Virus record (IMG/VR): IMGVR_UViG_3300034012_003212
Location: 196,659 to 260,658 of that record
Length of the DNA: 64,000 bases
Strand: one strand, 5' to 3'
In this document: positions 8,970-18,756 of the stretch, piece by piece
Position numbering within the stretch: position 1 is the first letter of the stretch
Layout: every line of letters starts with the position of its first letter
The notes under the pieces: model-generated
Told to the model about the DNA's origin: nothing
The model's database searches: none
Seen by the model: the letters and a program-made list of their open reading frames with translations, nothing else
Program-made: the position numbers and the translations under genes

Positions 8970-9296
8970 ATGATGGAAATAGAGGTAAGAAAAGAAACGA
9001 CGGTGGACCTTGAGTATTGTTCCCAAGAGGCTTTGGATTCATTTGGGTCCCTTGAGGCTGTTGGGGTGAATGGGCATTTGTTTCTTGATGGATGCCGAGG
9101 GCTCACGGAGCTGCCTGATGGCCTCAAGGTGGATGGGCATTTGTTTCTCAATTATTGCACAGGGATCACGAAGCTGCCTGAAGATCTTCAGGTGGAAGGA
9201 TTCATATATTATAATTCAGAGATAGGGTTCTATGGCCATGAGGATGAACCTGGCGTGATTCCTAAGCACCTGAAGCGCAAGTTGAGGAAATATTAA
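8970..9296 (+). CDS. Short Cys-LRR protein (R7), minimal 2 internal LRRs
   Basis: 108 aa, family architecture. Confidence 0.93.
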   Translation: MMEIEVRKETTVDLEYCSQEALDSFGSLEAVGVNGHLFLDGCRGLTELPDGLKVDGHLFLNYCTGITKLPEDLQVEGFIYYNSEIGFYGHEDEPGVIPKHLKRKLRKY

Positions 9297-9321
9297 AGGG
9301 ATTCCAAAATAGAAACTGAAT

Positions 9322-9741
9322 ATGATAGAAATAAAGGTAAGAAAAGAAACGACGGTGCATCTCTGGAATTGTTCCCAAGAGGCTTTGGATTCATTTGGGT
9401 CCCTTGAGGCCCTCAAGGTGAATGGCGATCTGAATCTCTTTAGGTGCAAAAGACTCACGAAGCTGCCTGACGTCCTCAAGGTGAATGGGGGGCTGAGTCT
9501 CAGAAATTGCGCAGGACTCGCGAGTCTGCCTGATGGCCTCAAGGTGGATGGGCATTTGGATCTCTATGGTTGCTCAGGGATCACGAAGCTGCCTGGCGAC
9601 CTTCATACGGGAGAAGAGATCTGGTATAATTCAGAGACAGGGTTCTATGGTCATGAGGATGAGCCCGGTGTGATCCCTGAGAGGCTGAAGCACAAGTTGA
9701 AGAAATGGGAGATGAGATTCCAAAATAGAAACCGAATATGA
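9322..9741 (+). CDS. Short Cys-LRR protein (R8), read-through tail EMRFQNRNRI
   Basis: 139 aa; stop overlaps next ATG. Confidence 0.93.
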   Translation: MIEIKVRKETTVHLWNCSQEALDSFGSLEALKVNGDLNLFRCKRLTKLPDVLKVNGGLSLRNCAGLASLPDGLKVDGHLDLYGCSGITKLPGDLHTGEEIWYNSETGFYGHEDEPGVIPERLKHKLKKWEMRFQNRNRI

Positions 9742-10067
9742 TAGAAATAGAGCTACAAAGAGACGCGACAGTGGACCTTATGAAGTGTTCCCAAGAGGCT
9801 TTGGATTCATTTGGGTCCCTTGAGGCCGTCAAGGTTAATGGGGATTTGAATCTGCACCGTTGCACAGGACTCACGAAGCTGCCTGAGGGCCTAATGGTGA
9901 ATAAGGATTTGTTTCTCAATTATTGCACAGGGATCACGAAGCTGCCTGAAGATCTTAATGTATATGGAGACATCTGGTATAATTATTGCACAGGGTTCTG
10001 TGGCCACGAGGATGAACCTGGAGTGATCCCTGAGAGCCTGAAGCACAATTTATATAAATTCTCCTGA
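9738..10067 (+). CDS. Short Cys-LRR protein (R9)
   Basis: 109 aa, family architecture. Confidence 0.93.
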   Translation: MIEIELQRDATVDLMKCSQEALDSFGSLEAVKVNGDLNLHRCTGLTKLPEGLMVNKDLFLNYCTGITKLPEDLNVYGDIWYNYCTGFCGHEDEPGVIPESLKHNLYKFS

Positions 10068-10115
10068 AGTGCAATTTATATAAATTCTAGAGAGATTCCA
10101 AAATAGAAACTGAAT

Positions 10116-10505
10116 ATGATAGAAATAAAGGTAAAAGAAAAAACGACAGTGTACCTTAGATATTGTTCCCAAGAGGCTTTGGATTCATTTGGGTCCATTG
10201 AGTCCCCTAAGGTGGATGGGGATCTGGTTCTATGGCAACACACAGGGATAAAGAAGCTGCCTGATGATCTCAGGGTGGCTGGGTATTTGAGTATCAGAAA
10301 TTGCACAGGGCTCACGGAGCTGCCTGATGATCTCAAGGTGAATGGCGGAATGAGTCTCATTGGTTGCTCAGGGATCACGAAGCTACCTGAGGGCATTCAT
10401 GTGGAAGGAGAGATCTTGTATAATTCAAAGACGGGGTTCTGTGGCCATGAGGATGAGCCCGGTGTGATCCCTGACAGACTGAAACACAAATTGGAAGAAT
10501 TGTAG
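10116..10505 (+). CDS. Short Cys-LRR protein (R10)
   Basis: 129 aa, family architecture. Confidence 0.93.
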   Translation: MIEIKVKEKTTVYLRYCSQEALDSFGSIESPKVDGDLVLWQHTGIKKLPDDLRVAGYLSIRNCTGLTELPDDLKVNGGMSLIGCSGITKLPEGIHVEGEILYNSKTGFCGHEDEPGVIPDRLKHKLEEL

Positions 10506-10531
10506 ATGAGATTCCAAAATAAAAACAGAAC

Positions 10532-11044
10532 ATGATAGAAATAAAGGTGAGAAAAATAACGAGGGTAGTCCTCCGCAGGTGTTCCCAGGAGGCTTTGGAT
10601 TCATTTGGGTCCCTCAGAGCCCTCAAGGTGAATGGGGATCTGGATCTAACATGGCACGAAGGGCTCATAGAGTTGCCCGAGGGACTCATAGTTGCAGGGG
10701 ATCTGGATCTATGGGGTTGTACACTGCTCACAGAGCTGCCTGAGGGTCTCACTGTAGGAGGGAGTATGGATCTAGACGGTTGCATAGGGCTCACAGAGCT
10801 GCCTGAGGGTCTCACTGTAGGAGGGAGTATGGATCTAGAAGGTTGCATAGGGCTCACAGAGCTGCCTGAGGGTCTCACAGTTGCAGGAAATCTCGATCTC
10901 CGAGGTTGTGAAGGAATAACAATGCTGCCCGAAGATCTTCATCTAGGAGGAGGCATCTGGTATAACTCAGAGACGGGGTTCTGTGATCAAGAGCATGAAC
11001 CTGGTGTGATCCCTAAGCACCTGAAGGGTAAGTTGTGGAAATAA
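10532..11044 (+). CDS. Short Cys-LRR protein (R11) with recent internal module duplication
   Basis: 170 aa; repeated LTELPEGLTVGGSMDL(D/E)GCIG. Confidence 0.93.
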   Translation: MIEIKVRKITRVVLRRCSQEALDSFGSLRALKVNGDLDLTWHEGLIELPEGLIVAGDLDLWGCTLLTELPEGLTVGGSMDLDGCIGLTELPEGLTVGGSMDLEGCIGLTELPEGLTVAGNLDLRGCEGITMLPEDLHLGGGIWYNSETGFCDQEHEPGVIPKHLKGKLWK

Positions 11045-11066
11045 GATAATAAAATAGAAACTGGGT

Positions 11067-11519
11067 ATGATAGAAATAAAGGTAAGAAAAGAAACGAGGG
11101 TAGTCCTCCGCAGGTGTTCCCAGGAGGCTTTGGATTCATTTGGGTCCCTCAGAGCCCTCAAGGTGAATGGGGATCTGGATCTAATGTATTGCGCAGGGCA
11201 CATTAAGTTTCCTGATAATCTCATAGTTGCAGGGGATCTGGATCTATGGAGTTGCCTAGGACTCACTGAGCTGCCTGATGGCCTCAATGTGGATGGGAGT
11301 CTGGATCTATATAATTGCGCAAAACTCACAAGACTTCCTGATGGCCTTGTGGTAATGGGGCGGTTGGATCTTAGGTATTGTGCAGGAATAACAATGCTGC
11401 CTGAAGATCTTCAGGTGGAAGGAATCATATATTATAATTCAGAGACAGGGTTCTATGGTCATGAGGATGAGCTTGGTGTGATCCCTGATCATTTGAAGAA
11501 CAAGTTGATGAAATTTTAA
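11067..11519 (+). CDS. Short Cys-LRR protein (R12)
   Basis: 150 aa, family architecture. Confidence 0.93.
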   Translation: MIEIKVRKETRVVLRRCSQEALDSFGSLRALKVNGDLDLMYCAGHIKFPDNLIVAGDLDLWSCLGLTELPDGLNVDGSLDLYNCAKLTRLPDGLVVMGRLDLRYCAGITMLPEDLQVEGIIYYNSETGFYGHEDELGVIPDHLKNKLMKF

Positions 11520-11543
11520 GAGATTCCAAAATAGAAACTGAAT

Positions 11544-11936
11544 ATGATAGAAATAAATGTAAGAAAAGAAACGGTAGTGAAACTTTATAAGTGTTCCCAA
11601 GAGGCTTTGGATTCATTTGGGTCCCTCAGAGCCCTCAAGGTGAATGGGGATCTGAGTATATGGCATTGTCCAGGGCTCACGGAGCTGCCTGATGGACTCA
11701 AGGTGAATGGGTATTTGTATCTTAATGGATGCACAGGTCTCATGAGTCTGCCTGATGGCCTTACTGTGGGAGGGAACCTGAGTCTCTATTATTGCGCAGG
11801 ACTCAAGAAGCTCCCGAAGGGACTCACAGTTTTTGGTGTCATACGGTATACCTCAGGGACGGGATTCTATGGCCATGAGGATGAGCCTGGGGTGATTCCT
11901 GAGGGCCTGAAGCATAAGTTGAAAAAAATGGTTTAA
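11544..11936 (+). CDS. Short Cys-LRR protein (R13)
   Basis: 130 aa, family architecture. Confidence 0.93.
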   Translation: MIEINVRKETVVKLYKCSQEALDSFGSLRALKVNGDLSIWHCPGLTELPDGLKVNGYLYLNGCTGLMSLPDGLTVGGNLSLYYCAGLKKLPKGLTVFGVIRYTSGTGFYGHEDEPGVIPEGLKHKLKKMV

Positions 11937-11949
11937 ATAGAATTTGAAT

Positions 11950-12471
11950 ATGATAGAAATAGAGGTAAGAAAAGAAACGAGGGTGGAACTTCGAAGGTGT
12001 TCCCAGGAGGCTTTGGATTCATTTGGGTCCCTTGAGGCTGTCAAGGTGAATGGGGATCTGGGTCTATTGTATTGCACGGGGATCACGAAGCTCCCTGGCG
12101 CCGTCAAGGTCACAGGGTCCCTGGATCTTAGGTATTGCACGGGCCTCACAAAGTTGCCTGATGGTCTAAAGGCGGGAGGCCATCTGTATCTACGGAATTG
12201 CACAGGACTCACAGGGCTGCCTGATGATCTTATGGTGAATGGGGATTTGACTCTCAATCATTGCATAAAGCTCACAGGACTGCCTGATGGTCTCAAGGTG
12301 AATGGGTATTTGAGTCTATGGAATTGCACAAGACTCAAAGAGCTTCCTGATGACCTTCATGTGGGAGAAGAGATCTGGTATAATTCAAAGACAGGATTCT
12401 ATGGACATATGCACGAGCCTGGTGTGATTCCTGATGCCCTGAAGCGCAAGTTGAGGAAAAATGGTAGATGA
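11950..12471 (+). CDS. Short Cys-LRR protein (R14)
   Basis: Start at ATG 11950; family architecture. Confidence 0.93.
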   Translation: MIEIEVRKETRVELRRCSQEALDSFGSLEAVKVNGDLGLLYCTGITKLPGAVKVTGSLDLRYCTGLTKLPDGLKAGGHLYLRNCTGLTGLPDDLMVNGDLTLNHCIKLTGLPDGLKVNGYLSLWNCTRLKELPDDLHVGEEIWYNSKTGFYGHMHEPGVIPDALKRKLRKNGR

Positions 12472-12493
12472 GATTCCAAAATAAAAACAGAAC

Positions 12494-12883
12494 ATGATAG
12501 AAATAGAGGTAAGAAAAGAAACGAAGATGTACCTTAGTGGGTGTTCCCAAGAGGCTTTGGATTCATTTGGGTCCCTCAGGGCCCTTAAGGTGAATGGGGA
12601 TTTGAATCTCCTATTTTGTGTAGGGCCCACGAAGCTGCCCGATGGGCTCAAGGTGAATATGGGTTTGAATCTTATTGGCTGCACAGGGCTCACGAAGCTG
12701 CCTGATGGACTCACTGTTGGAATGAATTTGTTTCTCTATGGTTGCTCAGGGATCACGAAGCTGCCTGAAGATCTTCAGGTGGAAGGAAGAATATATTATA
12801 ATTCAGAGACAGGGTTCTATGGTCATGAGGATGAGCTTGGTGTGATCCCTGAGAGGCTGAAACACAAGTTGGAAAAATGGTAG
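12494..12883 (+). CDS. Short Cys-LRR protein (R15)
   Basis: 129 aa, family architecture. Confidence 0.93.
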   Translation: MIEIEVRKETKMYLSGCSQEALDSFGSLRALKVNGDLNLLFCVGPTKLPDGLKVNMGLNLIGCTGLTKLPDGLTVGMNLFLYGCSGITKLPEDLQVEGRIYYNSETGFYGHEDELGVIPERLKHKLEKW

Positions 12884-12909
12884 ATGAGATTCCAAAATAA
12901 AAACTGAAT

Positions 12910-13299
12910 ATGATAGAAATAGATGTAGAAGAAGAAACAATAGTGGTCCTTAGATATTGTTCCCAAGAGGCTTTGGATTCATTGGGAACGCTTGACGTCC
13001 TCAAGGTGAACGGGGGGTTGTTTCTCTATAGTTGCACAGGGCTCACTGAGCTGCCTGATGATCTTAAGGTGAATGGGAGTCTGAATCTATATAATTCCGA
13101 AGAACTCACAAGACTTCCTGATGGCCTTAGGGTAGCGGGGCGGTTGGATCTTAGGTATTGTGCAGGAATAACAATGCTGCCTGAAGATCTCAATGTAGAT
13201 GGAGGCATCTGGTATAATTCAGAAACAGGGTTCTTTGACCGTAAGGATGAACCTGGTGTGATCCCTGATCATTTGAAGAACAAGTTGATGAAATTTTAA
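12910..13299 (+). CDS. Short Cys-LRR protein (R16)
   Basis: 129 aa, family architecture. Confidence 0.93.
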   Translation: MIEIDVEEETIVVLRYCSQEALDSLGTLDVLKVNGGLFLYSCTGLTELPDDLKVNGSLNLYNSEELTRLPDGLRVAGRLDLRYCAGITMLPEDLNVDGGIWYNSETGFFDRKDEPGVIPDHLKNKLMKF

Positions 13300-13323
13300 G
13301 AGATTCCAAAATAGAAACTGAAT

Positions 13324-13713
13324 ATGATAGAAATAAATGTAAAACCAAGCACGCATGTGCAACTTCGATGGTGTTCCCAGGCGGCTTTAGATTCTCTGGG
13401 AATGCTTGACACACTCAGGGTGGATGGGGATTTAAATTTCTATACTTGCAGAGGACTTACAGGGCTATCTGATGATATAAATGTGAAAGGGACTCTGAAT
13501 CTCAGTTTCTGCACAGGGCTTACAGAGCTTCCTGATGGTCTCACTGTGAAATGGGGCCTGGCTCTTTTTGGTTGCAAAGGGATCACGAAGCTGCCTGAAG
13601 ATCTTCAGGTGGAAGGAGTCATATATTATAATGAAGGCACAGGGTTCTATGGACATATGGATGAGCCTGGCGTGATCCCTAACCACCTGAAGAACAAGTT
13701 GAAGAAATTTTAA
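13324..13713 (+). CDS. Short Cys-LRR protein (R17)
   Basis: 129 aa; C-cap matches R1 (IYYNEGTGFYGHMDEPGVIPNHLKNKLKK). Confidence 0.93.
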   Translation: MIEINVKPSTHVQLRWCSQAALDSLGMLDTLRVDGDLNFYTCRGLTGLSDDINVKGTLNLSFCTGLTELPDGLTVKWGLALFGCKGITKLPEDLQVEGVIYYNEGTGFYGHMDEPGVIPNHLKNKLKKF

Positions 13714-13737
13714 GAGATTCCAAAATAGAAACTAGAC

Positions 13738-14193
13738 ATGAGAAAGAAGAAGATTAAAGTACAAGAAAAAACGAGTGTGGACATTCGAAGGTGTTCACAA
13801 GAGGCTTTGGATTCATTTGGGTCCCTCAGCGCCCTCAAGGTGAATGGGGATCTGTTTCTAGACTGGCGCGAAATGCCCGCTAAGCTGCCTGATGATCTCA
13901 TAGTTAGAGGAGGTGCGCATCTTAGTAGATGCAGAAGGCTCATAGAGCTTCCTATGGGTCTAATTGTGGGAGAGCATCTGGATCTAAGATGGTGCGAAAG
14001 ACTCACAGAGCTGCCTAATGATCTAATTGTAGGAGAGAATCTATATCTCTATGGCTGTGTGGAGATCAAAAAGCTCCCTGGAGATCTTACAGTTTGTGGA
14101 GACATCTACTATGATTCAGAGACAGGGTTCTATGGTCGTGTGGATGAACCTGATGTGATCCCTAAGCACCTGAAGGGTAAATTGTGGAGATAA
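13738..14193 (+). CDS. Short Cys-LRR protein (R18), MRKKK variant
   Basis: 151 aa, family architecture. Confidence 0.93.
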   Translation: MRKKKIKVQEKTSVDIRRCSQEALDSFGSLSALKVNGDLFLDWREMPAKLPDDLIVRGGAHLSRCRRLIELPMGLIVGEHLDLRWCERLTELPNDLIVGENLYLYGCVEIKKLPGDLTVCGDIYYDSETGFYGRVDEPDVIPKHLKGKLWR

Positions 14194-14215
14194 GATAATA
14201 AAATATGAACTGGGT

Positions 14216-14617
14216 ATGAGAAAGAAGAAGATAAAGATAAAGGTAAGAAAAGAAACGAAGGTGTACCTTAGTGGGTGTTCTCAGGAAGCTTTGGATTCAT
14301 TTGGGTCCCTCAACGCCCTCAAGGTGGATGGGTATCTGGGTCTATGGTATTGCGCAGGGCTCAAGAAGCTGCCTGATGGACTCATGGTGGGCGGGGTTTT
14401 GAATCTCGGTTATTGCATAGGACTCACGAGGCTGCCCGATGGACTCATTGTCGCAGGTGGGTTGAATCTCGGTCATTGCATAGGACTCACGAGTCTGCCT
14501 GATGATCTTAATGTGGGAGAAGTCATCTGGTATAATCTAAAAACAGGGTTCTGTGGCCATGAGCATGAACCTGGCGTGATCCCTGATCATCTGAAGAACA
14601 AATTGCACAAACATTAA
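14216..14617 (+). CDS. Short Cys-LRR protein (R19), MRKKK variant
   Basis: 133 aa, family architecture. Confidence 0.93.
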   Translation: MRKKKIKIKVRKETKVYLSGCSQEALDSFGSLNALKVDGYLGLWYCAGLKKLPDGLMVGGVLNLGYCIGLTRLPDGLIVAGGLNLGHCIGLTSLPDDLNVGEVIWYNLKTGFCGHEHEPGVIPDHLKNKLHKH

Positions 14618-14642
14618 AGAGATTCCAAAATAGAAACTGAGT

Positions 14643-15032
14643 ATGATGACGATAAAGGTAAAAGAATACACGAAGGTGGACTTTCGAAGGTGTTCCCAAG
14701 AGGCTTTGGATTCATTTGGGTCCCTTGAGGCCCTCAAGGTGGATGGGGGTTTGTATTTGGTGGGTTGCACAGGCCTCATGAGGTTGCCTGATGGACTCAA
14801 GGTGAATAGGGGTCTGTATTTGGTGGGTTGCACAGGCCTCACGAAGCTTCCTGATGGCCTAAATGTGAGACATAGACTGGAGGTCACATGGTGCTCAGGA
14901 ATCACAAAGCTTCCCTATGATCTTCACGTGGGTGGATACATCTACTATAATTCAAAGACGGGGTTCTATGGCCATGAGGATGAACCTGGAGTGATCCCTG
15001 AGAGGCTAAAGCACAAGTTATATAAATTCTAG
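14643..15032 (+). CDS. Short Cys-LRR protein (R20)
   Basis: 129 aa, family architecture. Confidence 0.93.
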   Translation: MMTIKVKEYTKVDFRRCSQEALDSFGSLEALKVDGGLYLVGCTGLMRLPDGLKVNRGLYLVGCTGLTKLPDGLNVRHRLEVTWCSGITKLPYDLHVGGYIYYNSKTGFYGHEDEPGVIPERLKHKLYKF

Positions 15033-15057
15033 AGAGATTTCAAAATAAAAACTGAAT

Positions 15058-15450
15058 ATGATAGAAATAAATGTAGAAGGACACACGACGGTGGACCTTA
15101 GTGATTGTTCCCAAGAGGCTTTGGATTCATTGGGAACGCTTGACACACTCAGGGTGAATGGGGGTCTGAGTTTTTTTAGGAATTGCTCAGGGCTCACAAG
15201 GCTGCCTGATGGACTCATGGTGAATGGGAATTTGAATCTCGATCATTGCATAAGGCTCACAGGGCTTCCTGGTGGTCTCAAGGTGGATGGGCATTTGAGT
15301 CTATGGGATTGCAAGGGCCTCACGAAGCTGCCTGATGACCTTCATGTGGGAGAAGAGATCTATTATGATTCGGACACAGGGTTCTATGGCCGTGTGCATG
15401 TGCCCGGTGTGATTCCTAAGCACCTGAAGCGCAAGTTATATAAATTCTAG
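15058..15450 (+). CDS. Short Cys-LRR protein (R21)
   Basis: 130 aa, family architecture. Confidence 0.93.
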   Translation: MIEINVEGHTTVDLSDCSQEALDSLGTLDTLRVNGGLSFFRNCSGLTRLPDGLMVNGNLNLDHCIRLTGLPGGLKVDGHLSLWDCKGLTKLPDDLHVGEEIYYDSDTGFYGRVHVPGVIPKHLKRKLYKF

Positions 15451-15475
15451 AGAGATTCCAAAATAAAAACTGAAT

Positions 15476-15883
15476 ATGATAGAAATAAATGTAAGAAAAG
15501 AAACGTCGGTGAACCTTCGAAGGTGTTCCCAGGAGGCTTTGGATTCATTGGGAACGCTTGACACACTCAGGGTGAATGGGGGGTTGTTTCTCTATAATTG
15601 CACAGGACTCACGAAGCTGCCTGAGGGACTCAAGGTGAATAGGGGTTTGTATCTTAATGGATGCGCAGGGCTCAGAGAGCTGCCTGATGGACTCACTGTT
15701 GGAATGAATTTGGTTCTCTATGGTTGCTCAGGGCTCACGAAGCTGCCTGAAGATCTTAATGTGGGAGAAGTCATCCGGTCTGATTCAAACACAGGGTTCT
15801 CTGGCCGTGTGCATGTGCCTGGTGTGATCCCTAAGCACCTGAAGGATAAGTTAAGTATCGCATGGTTATCATGGATATCATAG
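15476..15883 (+). CDS. Short Cys-LRR protein (R22), SIAWLSWIS tail
   Basis: 135 aa; tail and junction identical to R27. Confidence 0.93.
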   Translation: MIEINVRKETSVNLRRCSQEALDSLGTLDTLRVNGGLFLYNCTGLTKLPEGLKVNRGLYLNGCAGLRELPDGLTVGMNLVLYGCSGLTKLPEDLNVGEVIRSDSNTGFSGRVHVPGVIPKHLKDKLSIAWLSWIS

Positions 15884-15914
15884 TAGAGATAAGATTCCAA
15901 AATAGAAACTGAAT

Positions 15915-16367
15915 ATGACAGAAATAAAGGTAAAAGAAAAAACGACAGTGAATCTTCAATGGTGTTCCCAAGAGGCTTTGGATTCATTTGGGTTCCTTGA
16001 AGCCGTCAAGGTGAATGGGGATTTGGATTTCTATCGTTGCAAAAGACTCACGAAGCTGCCTGTTGATCTCAAGGTGGCAGGGGAACTGCGTCTCAATCGG
16101 TGCACAGAGCTCACAGAGCTACCCGACGATCTCATAGTGGGAGGGGGCATCTATCTCTATAGCTGCGAAAAGATCACGAAGCTGCCTAGGGGTCTCATAG
16201 TGGGAGAGTGGATGAATCTAGGTCAATGCAAAGGGATCACGAAGCTGCCTAAAGATCTCACAGTTTTTGATGACATATGGTATAACCCAGAGACGGGATT
16301 CTCTGGCAGTGTGCATGAGCCTGGTGTGATCCCTGTCCACCTGAAGCACAAGTTGAAAAACTATTAA
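15915..16367 (+). CDS. Short Cys-LRR protein (R23)
   Basis: 150 aa, family architecture. Confidence 0.93.
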   Translation: MTEIKVKEKTTVNLQWCSQEALDSFGFLEAVKVNGDLDFYRCKRLTKLPVDLKVAGELRLNRCTELTELPDDLIVGGGIYLYSCEKITKLPRGLIVGEWMNLGQCKGITKLPKDLTVFDDIWYNPETGFSGSVHEPGVIPVHLKHKLKNY

Positions 16368-16391
16368 GAGATTCCAAAATAAAAACTGAAT

Positions 16392-16850
16392 ATGAGAAAG
16401 AAGAAGATACAGATACGAAAAGAAACGCATGTGCAACTTCGATGGTGTTCCAAAGAGGCTTTGGATTCATTTAAGTCCCTTGATGCCGCCAGTGTGAATG
16501 GGAATTTGAATCTTAGTGGTTGCACAGGACCCACGAAGCTTCCTGATGGTCTAATCGTAGGAGGGTTTTTATATCTCGGCAATTGCACAGGGCTCAAGAA
16601 GCTGCCTGATGGACTCATGGTGAATGGGGATTTGAATCTGTATGGTTGCTCAGAGCTCACGAAGCTTCCCGATGGCCTCAGGGTGATTGGGGATCTGGAT
16701 CTCTGTTATTGCCCAGGGATCAAGGATCTTCCTGCGGATCTCATTGTTGACGGTGTTATCACCTATGATTCAGACACGGGGTTCTATGGCCGTGTGCATG
16801 TGCCTGGTGTGATCCCTAAGCACCTGAAGAACAAATTGCACAAATATTAA
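16392..16850 (+). CDS. Short Cys-LRR protein (R24), MRKKK variant
   Basis: 152 aa, family architecture. Confidence 0.93.
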   Translation: MRKKKIQIRKETHVQLRWCSKEALDSFKSLDAASVNGNLNLSGCTGPTKLPDGLIVGGFLYLGNCTGLKKLPDGLMVNGDLNLYGCSELTKLPDGLRVIGDLDLCYCPGIKDLPADLIVDGVITYDSDTGFYGRVHVPGVIPKHLKNKLHKY

Positions 16851-16875
16851 AGAGATTCTAAAATAGAAACTGAAT

Positions 16876-17397
16876 ATGCTGGAAATACAGGTAAAAGAAG
16901 AAACGAAAGTGGACCTTGGGTATTGTTCACAAGAATCACTTGATTCCTTGGTGACTATCAAGCGCCTCAATGTGAACGGGGATTTGGATCTATTGGGTTG
17001 CCCAGGGATCACAGAGCTGCCTGAAGATCTTAAAGTGGGAGGGAATCTGGATCTACGTTGGTGTGACGGGCTCACAGAGCTGCCTAAAGAGCTCACCGTC
17101 GCTGGGAAACTGAATCTAGAGAATTGCACAGGACTCACGAGGCTGCCTGAGGGACTCCGTGTGAATGTGTATTTGTTTCTCTATGGTTGCTCAGGGATCA
17201 AGAAGCTTCCTGGGGGCCTCAGTGTGAATGGGGACCTGGATCTAGGTCATTGTCCAGGGATCAAGGATCTTCCTGAAGATCTTCAGGTGGAAGGAAGCAT
17301 ATATTATAATTCAGGGACAGGATTCTTTGGCCATATGCAAGAGCCCGGTGTGATCCCTGATCATCTGAAGAACAAATTGGAAAAATATGGTAGATGA
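16876..17397 (+). CDS. Short Cys-LRR protein (R25)
   Basis: 173 aa; 3' part shared with R2. Confidence 0.93.
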   Translation: MLEIQVKEETKVDLGYCSQESLDSLVTIKRLNVNGDLDLLGCPGITELPEDLKVGGNLDLRWCDGLTELPKELTVAGKLNLENCTGLTRLPEGLRVNVYLFLYGCSGIKKLPGGLSVNGDLDLGHCPGIKDLPEDLQVEGSIYYNSGTGFFGHMQEPGVIPDHLKNKLEKYGR

Positions 17398-17419
17398 AAT
17401 TCCAAAATAGAAACTGAAT

Positions 17420-17872
17420 ATGAGAAAGATAAAGGTAAAAAAAGAAACGAGGGTGAACCTTCAATTGTGTTCCCAAGAGGCTTTAGATTCATTTGGGTAT
17501 CTCAGCGCCCTCAGGGTGGATGGGTACCTTAATCTCGCTTATTGCGCGGGGGCCACGAGGATTCCCGAGGGGCTCAAGGTGAATGGGGATCTGAATCTTA
17601 ATGGTTGTGTAGGGATCACAAGTCTGCCTGATGGATTCAGGGTTGGAGGGGATCTGATTCTGTATAAATGTTCAGGGTTCGCGGAGCTGCCTGATGATCT
17701 CACTGTTGCAGGGGAATTGTTTCTATGGGGTTGTACAGGGATCACAAGTCTGCCTGACGATCTCCATGTGGCAGGAAACATACTTTATGATTCAAAGACA
17801 GGATTCTTTGGCCATGTGCACGAGCCTGGTGTGATACCCGGTAACCTGAAGAACAAATTGAAAGAAATATAA
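17420..17872 (+). CDS. Short Cys-LRR protein (R26)
   Basis: 150 aa, family architecture. Confidence 0.93.
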   Translation: MRKIKVKKETRVNLQLCSQEALDSFGYLSALRVDGYLNLAYCAGATRIPEGLKVNGDLNLNGCVGITSLPDGFRVGGDLILYKCSGFAELPDDLTVAGELFLWGCTGITSLPDDLHVAGNILYDSKTGFFGHVHEPGVIPGNLKNKLKEI

Positions 17873-17896
17873 GAGATTCCAAAATAGAAACTGAAT

Positions 17897-18304
17897 ATGA
17901 TGACGATAAATGTAAAAGAAGAAACTAGGGTGATACTTTATGAGTGTTCTCAGAAAGCTTTGGATTCATTTGGATCACTCAGCCGGATGAGAGTGGGTGG
18001 GTTTCTGAGTTTCTATGGTTGCACAAAGCTCAAAAAGCTGCCCGATGGCCTCAGGGTACGAGGGGGTTTACAAATTACGTGGTGTGTAGGACTCACGAGG
18101 CTGCCCGATGGACTCATTGTCGCAGGTGGGTTGAATCTCGGGGCTTGCGAAGAACTCACAAGTATCCCTCAAGATCTCCAGGTGGGCGGCACCATCCTCC
18201 ATGATCAAGGAACGGGGTTCTATGGCCACGAGAATGAGCCTGGTGTGATACCCGAGATGCTGAAGGATAAGTTAAGTATCGCATGGTTATCATGGATATC
18301 ATAG
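17897..18304 (+). CDS. Short Cys-LRR protein (R27), SIAWLSWIS tail
   Basis: 135 aa, family architecture. Confidence 0.93.
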   Translation: MMTINVKEETRVILYECSQKALDSFGSLSRMRVGGFLSFYGCTKLKKLPDGLRVRGGLQITWCVGLTRLPDGLIVAGGLNLGACEELTSIPQDLQVGGTILHDQGTGFYGHENEPGVIPEMLKDKLSIAWLSWIS

Positions 18305-18335
18305 TAGAGATAAGATTCCAAAATAGAAACTGAAT

Positions 18336-18731
18336 ATGATAGAAATAAATGTAAGAAAAAAATACACGAGGGTGGACCTTAGTGAGTGTTCCCAAGAGGC
18401 TTTGGATTCATTTGGGTCCATTGAGACCCTCAAGGTGAATGGGGATCTGAGTCTTCGTGGTTGCTCAGGGCTCACAAGGCTGCCTGATGGCTCCACTGTG
18501 GGAGGCGGTTTGTATATTAGTGGTTGCACAGGACTCATAAAGCTGCCTGATGGCCTCACCGTGGGAGGGCTTCTGAACCTCAGAAATTGCACAGGGATCA
18601 CAAGACTTCCTGAAGATCTTCAGGTGGGTGGAATGATCTGGTATAGTCTAAAAACAGGGTTCTTTGGTCATAAGTATGATCCTGGCGTGATACCCGATAG
18701 GCTGAAACACAAGTTGGAAAACCGGTGGTAA
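18336..18731 (+). CDS. Short Cys-LRR protein (R28)
   Basis: 131 aa, family architecture. Confidence 0.93.
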   Translation: MIEINVRKKYTRVDLSECSQEALDSFGSIETLKVNGDLSLRGCSGLTRLPDGSTVGGGLYISGCTGLIKLPDGLTVGGLLNLRNCTGITRLPEDLQVGGMIWYSLKTGFFGHKYDPGVIPDRLKHKLENRW

Positions 18732-18756
18732 TAAGGTCGTAAAATAAAAACTGAAT

